This document shows, piece after piece, positions 39,320 to 48,200 of a stretch of 64,000 bases of DNA. A program made the translations under genes and the position numbers. Where the stretch lies: the NCBI RefSeq assembly GCF_006345805.1, contig NC_043012.1, positions 28,334,001 to 28,398,000 on the forward strand, read 5' to 3'. How positions within the stretch are numbered: the first letter of the stretch is position 1; the number at the start of each line of letters is the position of its first letter. The DNA is from Octopus sinensis (taxonomy: Eukaryota). Under the pieces are notes generated by a model. It searched no databases, was not told the DNA's origin, and saw only the letters and a program-made list of their open reading frames with translations.

Positions 39320-40718
39320 TACGACGGGCTTCTTTCAGTTTCCGTCTACCAAATCCACTCACAAGGCTTTGGTCGGCCCGAGGCTATAGTAGATGAGTTG
39401 TTTTGGAAATGTCAAAGTAAAATTTGCTTGCAGCTAAATGAAAATTCAAATATTAATCATGGTTTCTAATTTAGGGACAAGCCCAGTAATTGTGTAGGGG
39501 GTGGGGGTTAAGTTGATGCCATTTACCCCAAGATCACACAAAAATAAGGACGGCAGGGTTGACCATGGCAGGGTTTGAACAATGAGAGTGAAAAGCCTGA
39601 AGAAATATCACAAAGTATTTTTTATAATGCTCTAATGATTCTGCCAGCTTACCAAAAAAATGTAATCAAAATAAAGTACATACTTACAGGAAATTCTATC
39701 AAAGAACTTGAAGAGTATGGCAACTTGCTTATCAGGGAATTTTTAAAGCTTGGAGTTTTATTTATTTTTTTTTGTAAAGGATCACTTTGGTAGCTGATTA
39801 AATTTTGGTACAGCATAGGATCAGATTAGAGAAATGTTTAAGTGTTAATTGTTCAAATTAGTGCCATTGTTATTTGTTAAGTAGATTTTAATCCCTCCCC
39901 TGAAGACAAAAACTGATTTCCTTTAGCTGCAGAAGTGAAAACATTCTGTTAGTTTCTTTCTCCAATGAGTTTATAGTCACTTGGTTTCCACAGAATGGGG
40001 AAGTAAGCGATGCCCAGAACCATTCCTACCAACTTGTATAATTTTGATAACTGGTTTGCGCAAACCTTTGCGATTTCATTGAACCCCAGCACTAGATCTT
40101 AACTAAGCTGAGGACTGAACAACTATAACCAGTGACAGATCCACGGGCCGGGTGGTGATGGTATGTACAGCTGTTATCCGACATGTTGAAAATAGTAACA
40201 GCAATATTTCCAGTCAAATCACACAAATATCGATTTTAAGTACATAGAAAAACAAGTATTATTTTAATTACGATAAAACATATTTTTCGCGAAATGACTA
40301 CCTGCATAAAAAAAAAAGGGGGGGGGGCTTTTGGGTGACATACAAACAAACAATTCTGACCGTTAGTTTTTGTTGTTTAGTCAGCTCTGATCCAGCAGAT
40401 CGATGATAGAGGCACTCCACACATGGCCATACAATCTTTAATTTTAAAGCATAATGTATCTATGTTAATATTATCCTAAGCGTCCTTTAGAAAACGAGAA
40501 GACGGATATTTAGAAAGACACTTGTTTTCAGGCGTCCGAACACTCAAGTAAACACAAATGAATTGACATATTTTTCAATTAATTCGGAAAAATTAAAAAA
40601 GCGGCGGTCCATTAAGTATAGAGTGACCTCCCTTGAAGTGTAAATAAGTTGACAAAATAATGACGAGTTCACTTGAACAACTGTCCGACACTTGTTTTCC
40701 TTTCATTTTGCTGCCCAC

Positions 40719-40762
<44 letters not shown>

Positions 40763-40835
40763 TATTTGTTATTTATGTATTGGTTTAGGTCTATCACTGT
40801 TTGAGTTGCATCATAGTGGTTTTATCTCTTAATTC

Positions 40836-40873
<38 letters not shown>

Positions 40874-40904
40874 GTGATATACCTGTGAATGGTAATTTTT
40901 GCCA

Positions 40905-40954
<50 letters not shown>

Positions 40955-41178
40955 GGTTAACAGTAAATCAAAACTATTTAATTCCAAGATTTATTTATGT
41001 TTAACAACTGAATGTATTTAATAACAGCATCTAAGTATGAAACATCACGAGAATTGTTCAATCTGAAGTCCTTCTTGAGCGTTTTCATAATTGGAATGAA
41101 TAAATAAAATTGAATATCAAGTATTTACGGAATTTTAATTTATTGGTGGGTGAACTTTGGCCACCCTGTATGTATGTA

Positions 41179-41233
<55 letters not shown>

Positions 41234-41754
41234 TCCTCCATTTTCTTATTTGTATTATACATATATATATATGTAAATTTAAAATGAGGGTGAGAAATTA
41301 GATATTAATTTAATTAACATCGATTTCACACCAGTGGTCTAGCATATAAAAAGACTGAAGGTTCAGTAAAATTGTATTATATACATATTAGAAGGAAACC
41401 ACTATGTGGACACCCTTATGCTAGAAATAGATCCGCTATAGTCTTACCACTAAGACCATATATATGTATGTATGTATGTATATCAATTTCTGCTACATTA
41501 GGAAATCAGTTCAAATCGGATGAAGACCAATGTTACACTAAACAATTGAAAGATAGAAAAAAAATAATAATAACTAAGTAGAATCAATAAAAAGAAAACA
41601 AAACAAAACAAAAACAAACGAAACTTCAGAAAATAAAAATCGTGTCATTTGGTCCGGACTTGTTTTGTCTGTTTTCAATAATCAAGAAGCCTTTTAAAAA
41701 TGTCAGAATATACTTACGTTGAACTGTCGGTTTCTTTGAGAAAATTCCAGACAT
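9462..41754 (-). CDS. CHMP2B: Charged multivesicular body protein 2b (ESCRT-III subunit), spliced 8-exon CDS, 213 aa
   Basis: Manual splicing gives MSGIFSKKPTVQQQIRRNEQITRKTQRDLARDRTALERQEKQLEADIKKAAKEGNKQAAGILAKQLIALRKQKNKNITVGSRVQAIGSQQKMMHSSVKMADAMGTTTKTMTQMNKVMDPKKTMKMMQDFQRESTKMEMSEEMINDTLDDIFTESGDEEGEDAIVNQVLDEIGIEISGKMGEAPLPGKSSLGQASKSKVTDDEIEQQLAALKNL*. Exons are 37+92+42+102+51+103+107+108=642 nt with all introns GT..AG. The motifs EEMINDTLDDIF, IVNQVLDEIGIEISGKM and C-terminal DDEIEQQL match CHMP2B as I know it. Confidence 0.96.
9841..9936. repeat. ~95-bp direct repeat, copy 2
   Basis: Direct visual alignment to 8805-8898 with only a few differences. Confidence 0.9.
10400..10950 (-). 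mobile_element. Possible L2/CR1 endonuclease-region remnant
   Basis: Weak resemblance of the minus-strand translation (S/P-rich, LLSGSSNETHINHHP) to degraded APE sequence; no clean motif. Confidence 0.25.
13790..14730 (-). mobile_element. maT/DD37D-type transposase remnant, second copy
   Basis: IMLPHIFEQDLKLNSDG, WLPNSPDCYPMDY; the 5' part (14400-14730) aligns with 47200-47460. Confidence 0.75.
15420..15526 (-). CDS. CHMP2B: CHMP2B coding exon 7 (INDTLDDIF...IEISGK)
   Basis: Acceptor tcttcag|, donor AAA|gtaaat; 107 nt; overlaps ORF-track 15336..15566(-). Confidence 0.96.
17069..17171 (-). CDS. CHMP2B: CHMP2B coding exon 6 (TMTQMNKVMDP...EMSEEM)
   Basis: Acceptor tctccacag|, donor A|gtaaga; 103 nt. 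Confidence 0.95.
17322..17580 (-). mobile_element. SINE family A (internally deleted)
   Basis: Matches both ends of 36364-36747 in reverse. Confidence 0.8.
18238..18317. repeat. (GA)n microsatellite
   Basis: Direct observation. Confidence 0.95.
19234..19284 (-). CDS. CHMP2B: CHMP2B coding exon 5 (MMHSSVKMADAMGTTTK)
   Basis: Acceptor atttccag|, donor AAG|gtaagc; 51 nt. Confidence 0.93.
19559..19643. repeat. Inverted repeat (27-bp arms, 1 mismatch, 31-nt loop)
   Basis: TTTCGGAATAATATTCCTTCTTCAGAT (19559-19585) pairs with ATCTGAAGAAGGAATATTATTCTGAAA (19617-19643). Confidence 0.9.
19886..21628 (-). mobile_element. 5'-truncated RTE-clade LINE with RT domain and (GAT)n tail
   Basis: VDLEKAFDRVP, GVHQGSALSPLLF, LLYADDLAL, YLGDQVS, LHGSETW, WYGHVLWM...RPRKTWDEVV; a few frameshifts and stops. 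Confidence 0.92.
22040..22640 (-). mobile_element. Different RTE-type LINE RT remnant
   Basis: NNLRHADDTALF, YLGSWIASDGRSDKDIRCRIGLAKK, KCYIWSV. Confidence 0.75.
22949..23050 (-). CDS. CHMP2B: CHMP2B coding exon 4 (AAGILAKQLIALRKQK...SQQK)
   Basis: Acceptor ctctttcag|, donor AAA|gtaagt; 102 nt. Confidence 0.95.
23550..23815 (-). mobile_element. RTE LINE 3' end
   Basis: (CAT)n-CGTTTAACGTCC plus the 3' UTR shared with 7318 and 19886. Confidence 0.75.
24090..24234. mobile_element. Possible Helitron/Helentron-like non-autonomous element end
   Basis: AAGTTTCATCAAGG...CACAAACACGCAAACTTGCCATCTATTATTATAGAT resembles HINE/Lep1-type termini; related motifs at ~23370-23510 and ~24480-24560. Recognition only. 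Confidence 0.35.
24820..26065 (+). mobile_element. TIR-complete Tc1 element (1246 bp), TA TSD
   Basis: TA|CAGGGGTTGGACAAAATAATGGAAACACC ... GGTGTTTACATTATTTTGTCCAACCTCTG|TA. Confidence 0.95.
24992..26013 (+). pseudogene. Tc1 (DD34E-type) transposase, inactivated
   Basis: MPGLSDFQRGQIVG, SGRKPKL, IFSDES, TVKHGGGSVMIW, FQDDNVPIH, WPPQSPDLN; frameshifts and an in-frame TGA at ~25747. Confidence 0.9.
26590..27450 (-). mobile_element. Probable hAT (Charlie/GTF2IRD2-like) transposase remnant
   Basis: MWISPRFSRIFPSV and LGEAFDKRFTKF resemble the Charlie C-terminal LW...FP and L..EF..RF.DF segments; very degraded. Confidence 0.4.
27530..27710 (-). mobile_element. SINE family A, 5' half
   Basis: Reverse match to 36364-36530. 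Confidence 0.75.
28359..28400 (-). CDS. CHMP2B: CHMP2B coding exon 3 (EADIKKAAKEGNKQ)
   Basis: Acceptor aaatag|, donor CAA|gtgagt; 42 nt, phase 0/0. Confidence 0.93.
28975..29180 (-). mobile_element. SINE family A, 3' half
   Basis: Reverse match to 36560-36747. Confidence 0.75.
29215..30190 (-). mobile_element. RTE LINE, same family as 19886-21628, with internal deletions
   Basis: KAPSPSEITAEMLK, WCSSTIVNCYKGKG..NYRGI and WYGHVLRM...RPRKTWDEVV are present; the QG/YADD core is missing. Confidence 0.85.
30550..31150 (+). mobile_element. Fragments of R4/Dong-like C-terminus
   Basis: K.KIQWDFDIQ (~30640-30665) and KEVEKISKY...RMWG...VGVVPVIV (~31030-31130). Confidence 0.5.
31850..33300 (+). 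mobile_element. Possible Tx1/L1 ORF2 3' remnant
   Basis: Weak motif resemblance only; heavily degraded. Confidence 0.3.
33538..33684. mobile_element. piggyBac-type MITE (147 bp), TTAA TSD
   Basis: TTAA|CCCTTTAGCATT ... AATGCTGAAGGG|TTAA; a matching right end also occurs at ~23875-23888. Confidence 0.75.
34490..35330 (+). mobile_element. mariner (DD34D) transposase remnant
   Basis: KVILSVWWD, LFLHDNVRPH, LHLPYSPDLALFNYHLF, FFASKSEEFY. Confidence 0.85.
35534..35662. repeat. Long inverted repeat (53-bp arms, 1 mismatch, 23-nt loop)
   Basis: 35534-35586 is the reverse complement of 35610-35662 except for one A/G difference. Confidence 0.95.
35843..35934 (-). CDS. CHMP2B: CHMP2B coding exon 2 (QIRRNEQ...RQEKQL)
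   Basis: Acceptor ttttcag|, donor TTG|gtaagt; 92 nt. Confidence 0.95.
36364..36747 (+). mobile_element. Full-length tRNA-derived SINE, family A
   Basis: GGCGCAGGAGTGGCTGTGTGGT (A box), GGTTCAGTCCC (B box), central (TA)/(TG) microsatellite, 3' end ...GACTGAAACAAGTAAAAGAG. Confidence 0.9.
37210..37960 (-). mobile_element. Penelope-like element remnant (GIY-YIG endonuclease)
   Basis: FYVGSTI.PLHIHIKEHLN and ..LGPQINNRLE. Confidence 0.7.
39068..39395 (-). mobile_element. SINE family A (5'-truncated, CpG-intact)
   Basis: Reverse match to ~36460-36747. Confidence 0.9.
41718..41754 (-). CDS. CHMP2B: CHMP2B coding exon 1 (MSGIFSKKPTVQ, phase-1 donor)
   Basis: ATG at 41754-41752 in the context AGCCATGT; donor C|GTAAGT; in frame with exon 2. 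Confidence 0.9.
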
Positions 41755-41873
41755 GGCTTTTAAACGTTTCTTTCAGGTAAAAAATTATAAATTAATGAAG
41801 AATTAGAAAATACATGAAGCTAAGCCAACTGCTTACTTGGAAGGAGTTGTGGCACCAAGTGACGATGACTAAA

Positions 41874-41881
41874 CCGGAAGT
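41874..41881 (+). promoter_or_regulatory. ETS/GABP-type motif CCGGAAGT in the likely CHMP2B promoter
   Basis: Perfect CCGGAAGT 120 nt upstream of the ATG in non-repeat sequence. This motif is typical of animal housekeeping promoters. Confidence 0.55.
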
Positions 41882-42111
41882 TTGCTTCTAACAAGGGAGA
41901 TAGTCGTATTCTAACTGTATTTCAGATTATTTCCCTTGTTCAGTATGTATGTATGTATGTATGTATGTATGTATGATTTTGATTTTGATTTTTCTAGTTT
42001 CAGCTAATGAGCTGTGGCCATGCTGGGGCACCGCCATTTATGTATGTATGTATGTATGTATGTATGTATGTATGTATGTATGTATGTATGTATGTATGCA
42101 TACATACATAT

Positions 42112-42535
42112 GATTGTGTCAGGTCACTTTCGAGTGCTACTGGTAACATGTAACCCAGTACAACCTGTTGCATGGTCGGGTCGTCGGCGACTAAACCGAC
42201 AACCCCACCAAGCTTGCTTGGTGAGGAGGGTGTTTATTGGACACCCTGCGGGAGGAAAAACAAAACCCGTCAAAGGGCAGAGGAACTCTTGAGAGTCAAC
42301 GGCCATTCAATGTATTAACGATGTATCATGCGCGGGGACATAGAAATAATCGGACTGAATACCCGATCGCGCGGTTAAACCATTGGGAGTGAAGGACTCC
42401 TAGCCTTTGTTAGGGCATCCTTCTAGGAGAAGGTAACTCTGGTAACTGGGATAACTCCGACAAAAAACCCGCGGCTCAGTGGTTACCGATGATGTTGACT
42501 TGTCCTTCTTTTCGGATTATGACTGCTGTTGCTTA
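42112..42535 (+). mobile_element. RTE-like 5' UTR fragment, between (TATG)n tracts
   Basis: Contains CTAGGAGAAGGTAACTCT..AAAAAACCC, a motif I associate with RTE 5' UTRs, plus several short hairpins. Confidence 0.45.
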
Positions 42536-42805
42536 GTGAGTGGGATTGACTCAGTGCACAGCCTTTCCTCACTTAAAAAAAATCTTCTTGCACAGGCATT
42601 GCACAATAACAACATTGATTAAGCTTCGTGCAATGGCCATACTCGATAACGAGGGGGCACCACCACTATGTATGTATGTATGTATGTATGTATGTATGTA
42701 TGTATGTATGTATGTATGTATGTATGTATGTATGTCATTATTCAGTTTTATTTCAAGATTTCTTGCCAATAGAGAAAGAGTCGATCCTCAGTGGATTTAT
42801 TCCGT

Positions 42806-43090
42806 GTCGTATTTGAGTAATTTCAACCAATCAACGATGGTGTATTCGGTTGAAGAAAGCTACTGCTGTTTGTGATAGTAATCGAAGAGGAACAACTTCC
42901 GGGTCATCTCTACTAAATGTCACCACTTTGTTCTATTCGTATGTTGTGCGAAGACGATACCACCTTTCTAGTCAGCACCGTGCATTCCTTACTCTTTCCC
43001 TCTCTTCTACATCATCAACTAGCTACTAGCGAGTGAACTTGTTACTACCACTCAATTACCGTATTTTCTGGTGTATAATCCATTATCTGT
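42806..43090. repeat. 285-bp direct repeat, copy 1 (copy 2 at 43851-44135)
   Basis: Visual alignment over the full length, e.g. AGAAAGCTACTGCTGTTTGTGATAGTAATCGAAGAGGAACAACTTCC is identical in both copies. Confidence 0.9.
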
Positions 43091-43850
43091 AATGTAGGTC
43101 AAACCCTAAACAAAGGACTGACCTCTCCTTGACCAGTCGTAGGGCGTCGAGTGTTTCCTCATCAATCATCAAGTGCGGAGATAATTTCCAGCTTTTTTTG
43201 ACAAGCAAAAGCAGGTGGATTTGGTTTCAAATCTCATACGGGGCAAAGCGAGGTCCCTACAATGGACATTTTGGTATTGCTAGTGAGATTCATTGTGGTG
43301 TTGTGCAAGCCTCGCTCGACCTAAGACCCTTGTACGTGCATTGCTGACTCTTAACATCTTGTATTCTTAACTATTGAAGTCCAGTGATGATGGGAAGGTG
43401 GTGATGAGTACAGGTCTGTCGGGCTGAATATACGTAGGTGCCGACTTTCACACTGGTGGTTCTTGATACCTAAATACGTCGCTAGTTCATTGATCTGGGG
43501 CAGAGGTAATTTTTGGCTGCACCAAGGGTGACTGAACAGCACCTTTTAGGGCAACACTGCTCATCAGTAAATCTGCAGGGATGTAAAAAAAGGTGACCCA
43601 AACATTGCCTGCCTCTTCCATCCATCTGGCTAGTGTAGCGCAGCGGGATGATATCTACAGTTCACTCGGATCAACAAAATGCCTAAAAGATCCAGGTTCT
43701 GTTCAGTTTGACTCAGATTTTTTAATCAATTTTTTTTTACTAAAGAGTTTGAAACTTTGTATATTGGTGGAATGTATCATGCAGAACACAGTTTACTTTG
43801 AACATTTTTGACAGAATTTGGTATTTTAGAAGATATTTCGTGTTAAAGTT

Positions 43851-44135
43851 GTCGTATTTGGGTAAAATCAACCAATCAACGACATGTATTCGGTTGGAGA
43901 AAGCTACTGCTGTTTGTGATAGTAATCGAAGAGGAACAACTTCCAGGTCACCTCTACAAAATGTCATCACACTGTTCTATTCGTATGGTCGAGCTAAGAT
44001 GATGCCACCTTTATCCTTTCTTCCTTTCTAGTCAGCACCGTGAATTCCTCTCTTCTACACTATTAACTAGCAACCAGCAAGCGAACTTGTCAGTCACTAG
44101 TTACCGTATTTTCAGGTGTATAAGCCGTTATCTGT
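43851..44135. repeat. 285-bp direct repeat, copy 2
   Basis: See copy 1. Confidence 0.9.
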
Positions 44136-45698
44136 TTTGTTTTACATTCATGTTTTGATAATGGTATTTTTAATTTAATAAAGACTTCTATATTGACGAT
44201 ATTGTGTTATTTTTGTTAGTTACGGTAGACTGATTTGTGATCACTTCCGGTGCTGATGGAGAAGCAACACCCTGATACAGAAGACAACATTCTGCTTATA
44301 CTCTTTACTTAACAAGATTTCCTTACACTTTCTTTCTCACAAGTAGTCACATAAGATGAAACTAAATAACACGCATAATGGGTCATACAAACAATTCGAA
44401 GTAATTGCATCTTCTATATTGTAACGACTAAAACATAAAATGACCATTTCAACAAGCAAGTAACATTGTTCTTCTTCACTCATTTATTCGGTGCATATTA
44501 TCTATAACATATGATCGTAATACAGTAGGACTTTATCGTTTCACACACACACACACACACACACACAATAATAATATTAGGGAGTATAACTCCAAACTTA
44601 CAGGGAAAAATTCAATTTAGTATTAAATCAAATTTCACAATATAAATATATAAAATATAAATTAGAGATAAAACCACTATTATGCAATTCAAACAATGAT
44701 CCGTACATAGCAAATCATAAATAACTAAAATCTATAAATATTAAGAGTGATTGTTTTGTAAAATAGTTTGGTAATTAAATATTAGAGTATAGCTAGGTTA
44801 AAGATATTCTATAGTTTATTAATGTTTTTTATTAAGCTAAAATATATCTGCATAGATAAATACATTTTTCTGCCTATTTACTCTATTTTTTTAACCTTAA
44901 ATATTTAGCATAATAAATGTATCGTATGAAATTGATCCTAATGTTTTAAGTTTCAAATTCTATAAGAAAAATCATTATTTTTTAATAAATATTGTTTAAC
45001 TCTATTTGCTTATTTATTTATCTATTATTGTTAACCTGAAGTTTGACTATAATTTTAAATTGAATTCATTTCGATTAAATTTAAATTTAATCGTAATTCG
45101 AATTTAATTATAGCCATGAAACGTACGTAGATTTTTTTTACTTATTATATATTGATTATTCATTTTTATATATTTTGTGATCTAGTTATATGTTTTATAA
45201 AAATATATTTTATTTGTTATTTATGATTTGTTTTATGTTTATCATTGCTTGAATTGCATAATAGTGGTTTTATCTCTAATTTATATTATATATTATACAC
45301 ACACACACAAATATACACAAATATACAAAGATTACGCTGCTATCTACATATCAGTTTCCTTCGCTTCTCTTTTATTTTGTACGTAGCAATATGTAATTAT
45401 ATAACTGCATGTTATATATAAACAAAGAATATACTTCTTTTGTTCAGTTTTCATCAAAAGGGTAATAATACTGTGAATAAGATGGGCTCAATTTTTCACT
45501 ACAGATGAACCTAAATAACATAGCAGAATCCACGATAACATTGTGTTTAGTACCGAATGCTAACTGTATTAAAATTCCATCGTAATATGTACATACATGC
45601 ACACATATATACAGACATAAATACATACATACATACGTACGTACATACATACATAATACATACATACATACATACATACATACATACATACAAATACA

Positions 45699-46059
45699 GG
45701 CGCATGAGTGGCTGTGTGGTAAAAAGCTTGCTTCTCAACCACATGGTTCTGTGTTCAGTCTCACTGCATGGCACCTTGGACAAGTGTCTTCTGTTATAGC
45801 CTCGGGCCGACCAAATCCTTGTGAGTGGATTTGGTTGACGGAAACTGAAAGAAACCCGTCGTGTGTGTGTATATATATATGTAAATAAATGGAGTTGAAC
45901 GCGGATGCTATTCAAATTCTTTGAAAGAATTTGAATAGCATCTGCGTTCAACTTCATTTATTTACTTATACTATACAAATTACTGCACATTAACCCGGAG
46001 TTTCTACCTTTGAATAGGTCGCAATATCCTTGTTACTTGCGTGAATTTTGCTACCCTGG

Positions 46060-46155
<96 letters not shown>

Positions 46156-46385
46156 GATAAATATCTTTATATGTATGTATTTTTGTGTCTGTGTTTGTCC
46201 TCCCTCCATCGCTTGACAACCAAGGTTGGTTTGTTTACATACCCGTAATTGAGCGCTTCAGCAAAAGAGACCAAAGGAATAAGTACTAGACTTACAAAGA
46301 ATAAGTCCCGGAGTCGATTTGTTCGACTAAAGGTAGTGCTCCAGTATGGCCGTAGTCAAATGACTGAAACAAGTAAAGGAATAAA
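45699..46385 (+). mobile_element. SINE family A split by a palindrome and (TATC)n (5' half 45699-45870, 3' half ~46170-46385)
   Basis: Both halves match 36364-36747. Confidence 0.85.
45881..45965. repeat. 85-bp near-perfect palindrome (42-bp arms, 1-nt spacer, 2 G/T mismatches)
   Basis: GTAAATAAATGGAGTTGAACGCGGATGCTATTCAAATTCTTT-G-AAAGAATTTGAATAGCATCTGCGTTCAACTTCATTTATTTAC. Confidence 0.95.
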
Positions 46386-46391
46386 AGTATA

Positions 46392-46472
<81 letters not shown>

Positions 46473-46569
46473 CGGGAAGCTTTATGAAAATAAACAAAAG
46501 ACGAAGGCAGGTGGAAAACAAACGAACAATTGTATTAGTATGGCGCTCAGGAAATATAAATAAAACAAG

Positions 46570-46607
46570 TCTTTAACGTTTCGAGCCTACGCTCTTCAAC
46601 AGAAAGA
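46570..46607 (-). other. Degenerate minimal type-I hammerhead-like motif
   Basis: UCUUU-CUGUUGA-A-GAGC-GUAG-GCUC-GAAA-CG-U-U-AAAGA; core A6 is replaced by U. Confidence 0.45.
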
Positions 46608-46904
46608 TACACAGAGAGAGAAAAACACAGAAAGAAGGAGAGAAAAAAAATGCGTGCAGTAGCTAACGAATCAACATATATATATATATATATAAATATA
46701 GTACAAAGTAAGATAGGGGTTATGAGGGTAGTGTATTTCATTATTTTTATTGTATTATTAATTTGCATATTGATGTATATTGTTTTGTTCGATTTTCATG
46801 TTCCTATTTATATAATTAATAAATAATATGAAATTGTAATACCTGTAAGTTGATGATTGAAATGAATTTGTTCCTCCATTTTCTTTTATATATATATATA
46901 TTAT

Positions 46905-46953
<49 letters not shown>

Positions 46954-47058
46954 CAATTTATTGGCGATACTTAAGCAGTAATGTTCATTGCTTTATAAAC
47001 GCAAGTTCTCTTAATATAATTGCATTTCCTCTTATAGCCTTACGTTTTCCATTATTAT

Positions 47059-47110
<52 letters not shown>

Positions 47111-47114
47111 CATA

Positions 47115-47560
47115 TCAGGTGTTCAGGTCAAATTAGTTTCTCTCCTATTTTCCAGGTGCAGATGAATGTATTGGTGAACAATTAATGTGTTGGAGAGCAT
47201 AAAAATTAAAGTTGTAGTTGAGAAAAAGTTAGCTGACATCGAGAACTGGAAGCTGTCTGAATATTGGAAAAGGGTTACTTGTATCATGATGATTCACGTC
47301 TGGTGTCAAAATACCGACATTGTAGCTTCTGCTCAACGTTTTGAGAACATTGTAAAGAGTGCAAGACGTGATATGGACAGCCGCAACGGAGAATACGAAA
47401 CCGTGGCCGACAGAAAGGAACACGGCAGAAAATCTGACTGTGTCTGTACGTTGGCTTTCATTTAATAACTGATGAACAGGCCTTAGGCTCAATTCAGACG
47501 TGAAACAGCTGGAGACTGGTAAAACCTTGGGTGGGGAGGGTTGTTTAACTGTTGTCTGTG
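47115..47560 (+). mobile_element. maT-family deletion derivative (5' portion plus an internal piece)
   Basis: Aligns with the reverse complement of 14400-14730; the GLRLNSD segment follows directly. Confidence 0.7.
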
Positions 47561-47618
47561 AAAATAAAGACATATTTATGTGTAGATGGATAAACGTATA
47601 AATGTGTATACTTTAAGA

Positions 47619-47660
<42 letters not shown>

Positions 47661-47912
47661 GTGTTTATATGATTGTGTGTGCTTGTACATATTTATAGGT
47701 AGTTTTATAGTTGCATGTATGCATCCAAGACATTGTACCCACTCACTGTTAGACGGTGGTAAGAGGAACACGTATATATAACCTTCGACAGAGTAACAGT
47801 CATATATATATACAACTTGAACAGACACACATATCAGTAAATAAACATACGTTTACATGTACATACACATATACACACACGTATACACGTCTACACACTT
47901 ACATACCTAAAT

Positions 47913-48200
47913 ACCAATCTTGAGAAATTAGACTTCTCAAAACCAGAAAAGAGAAAGCTAATTCGAAGTCTACAGATCCAATCCATCACAGGAACTGTAA
48001 GAATCTGTAAAACTTTCCAGAAGTATATCATTTAAATATATGTGATCATGTCTAGATATGCAACTATATGCATGAAGATACGTACATAAAACATATAAAT
48101 CTGCACATATATAATATATACATACATACATGCAAACATGCATGCATACATACATACATACATACATACATACATACATACATACATACATACATACATG
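47913..48200 (+). mobile_element. R4/Dong-like LINE 3' end with (TACA)n tail
   Basis: EKLDFSKPEKRKLIRSLQIQSITGTVRICKTFQKYII* (stop 48033-48035), ~90-nt UTR, then (TACA)n. Confidence 0.6.

Noticed and set aside
40952-41168. TA-flanked CAGGGT...ACCCTG as a Tc1/mariner MITE
   Set aside because: The inverted match is only 6 bp; it may be two unrelated ends.
9462-41754. Alternative identity as CHMP2A or CHMP3
   Set aside because: Length, exon sizes and the motifs INDTLDDIF and IVNQVLDEIGIEISGKM fit CHMP2B better. A phylogeny would be decisive.
42112-42300. HDV-like ribozyme at the putative RTE 5' end
   Set aside because: I could not assemble P1/P2/P3/P1.1 by eye; left as a computational check.
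43520-43570. CTGATGA on the minus strand (also at ~58900 minus and ~52082 plus) as hammerhead cores
   Set aside because: No correctly placed stem II followed by GAAA.
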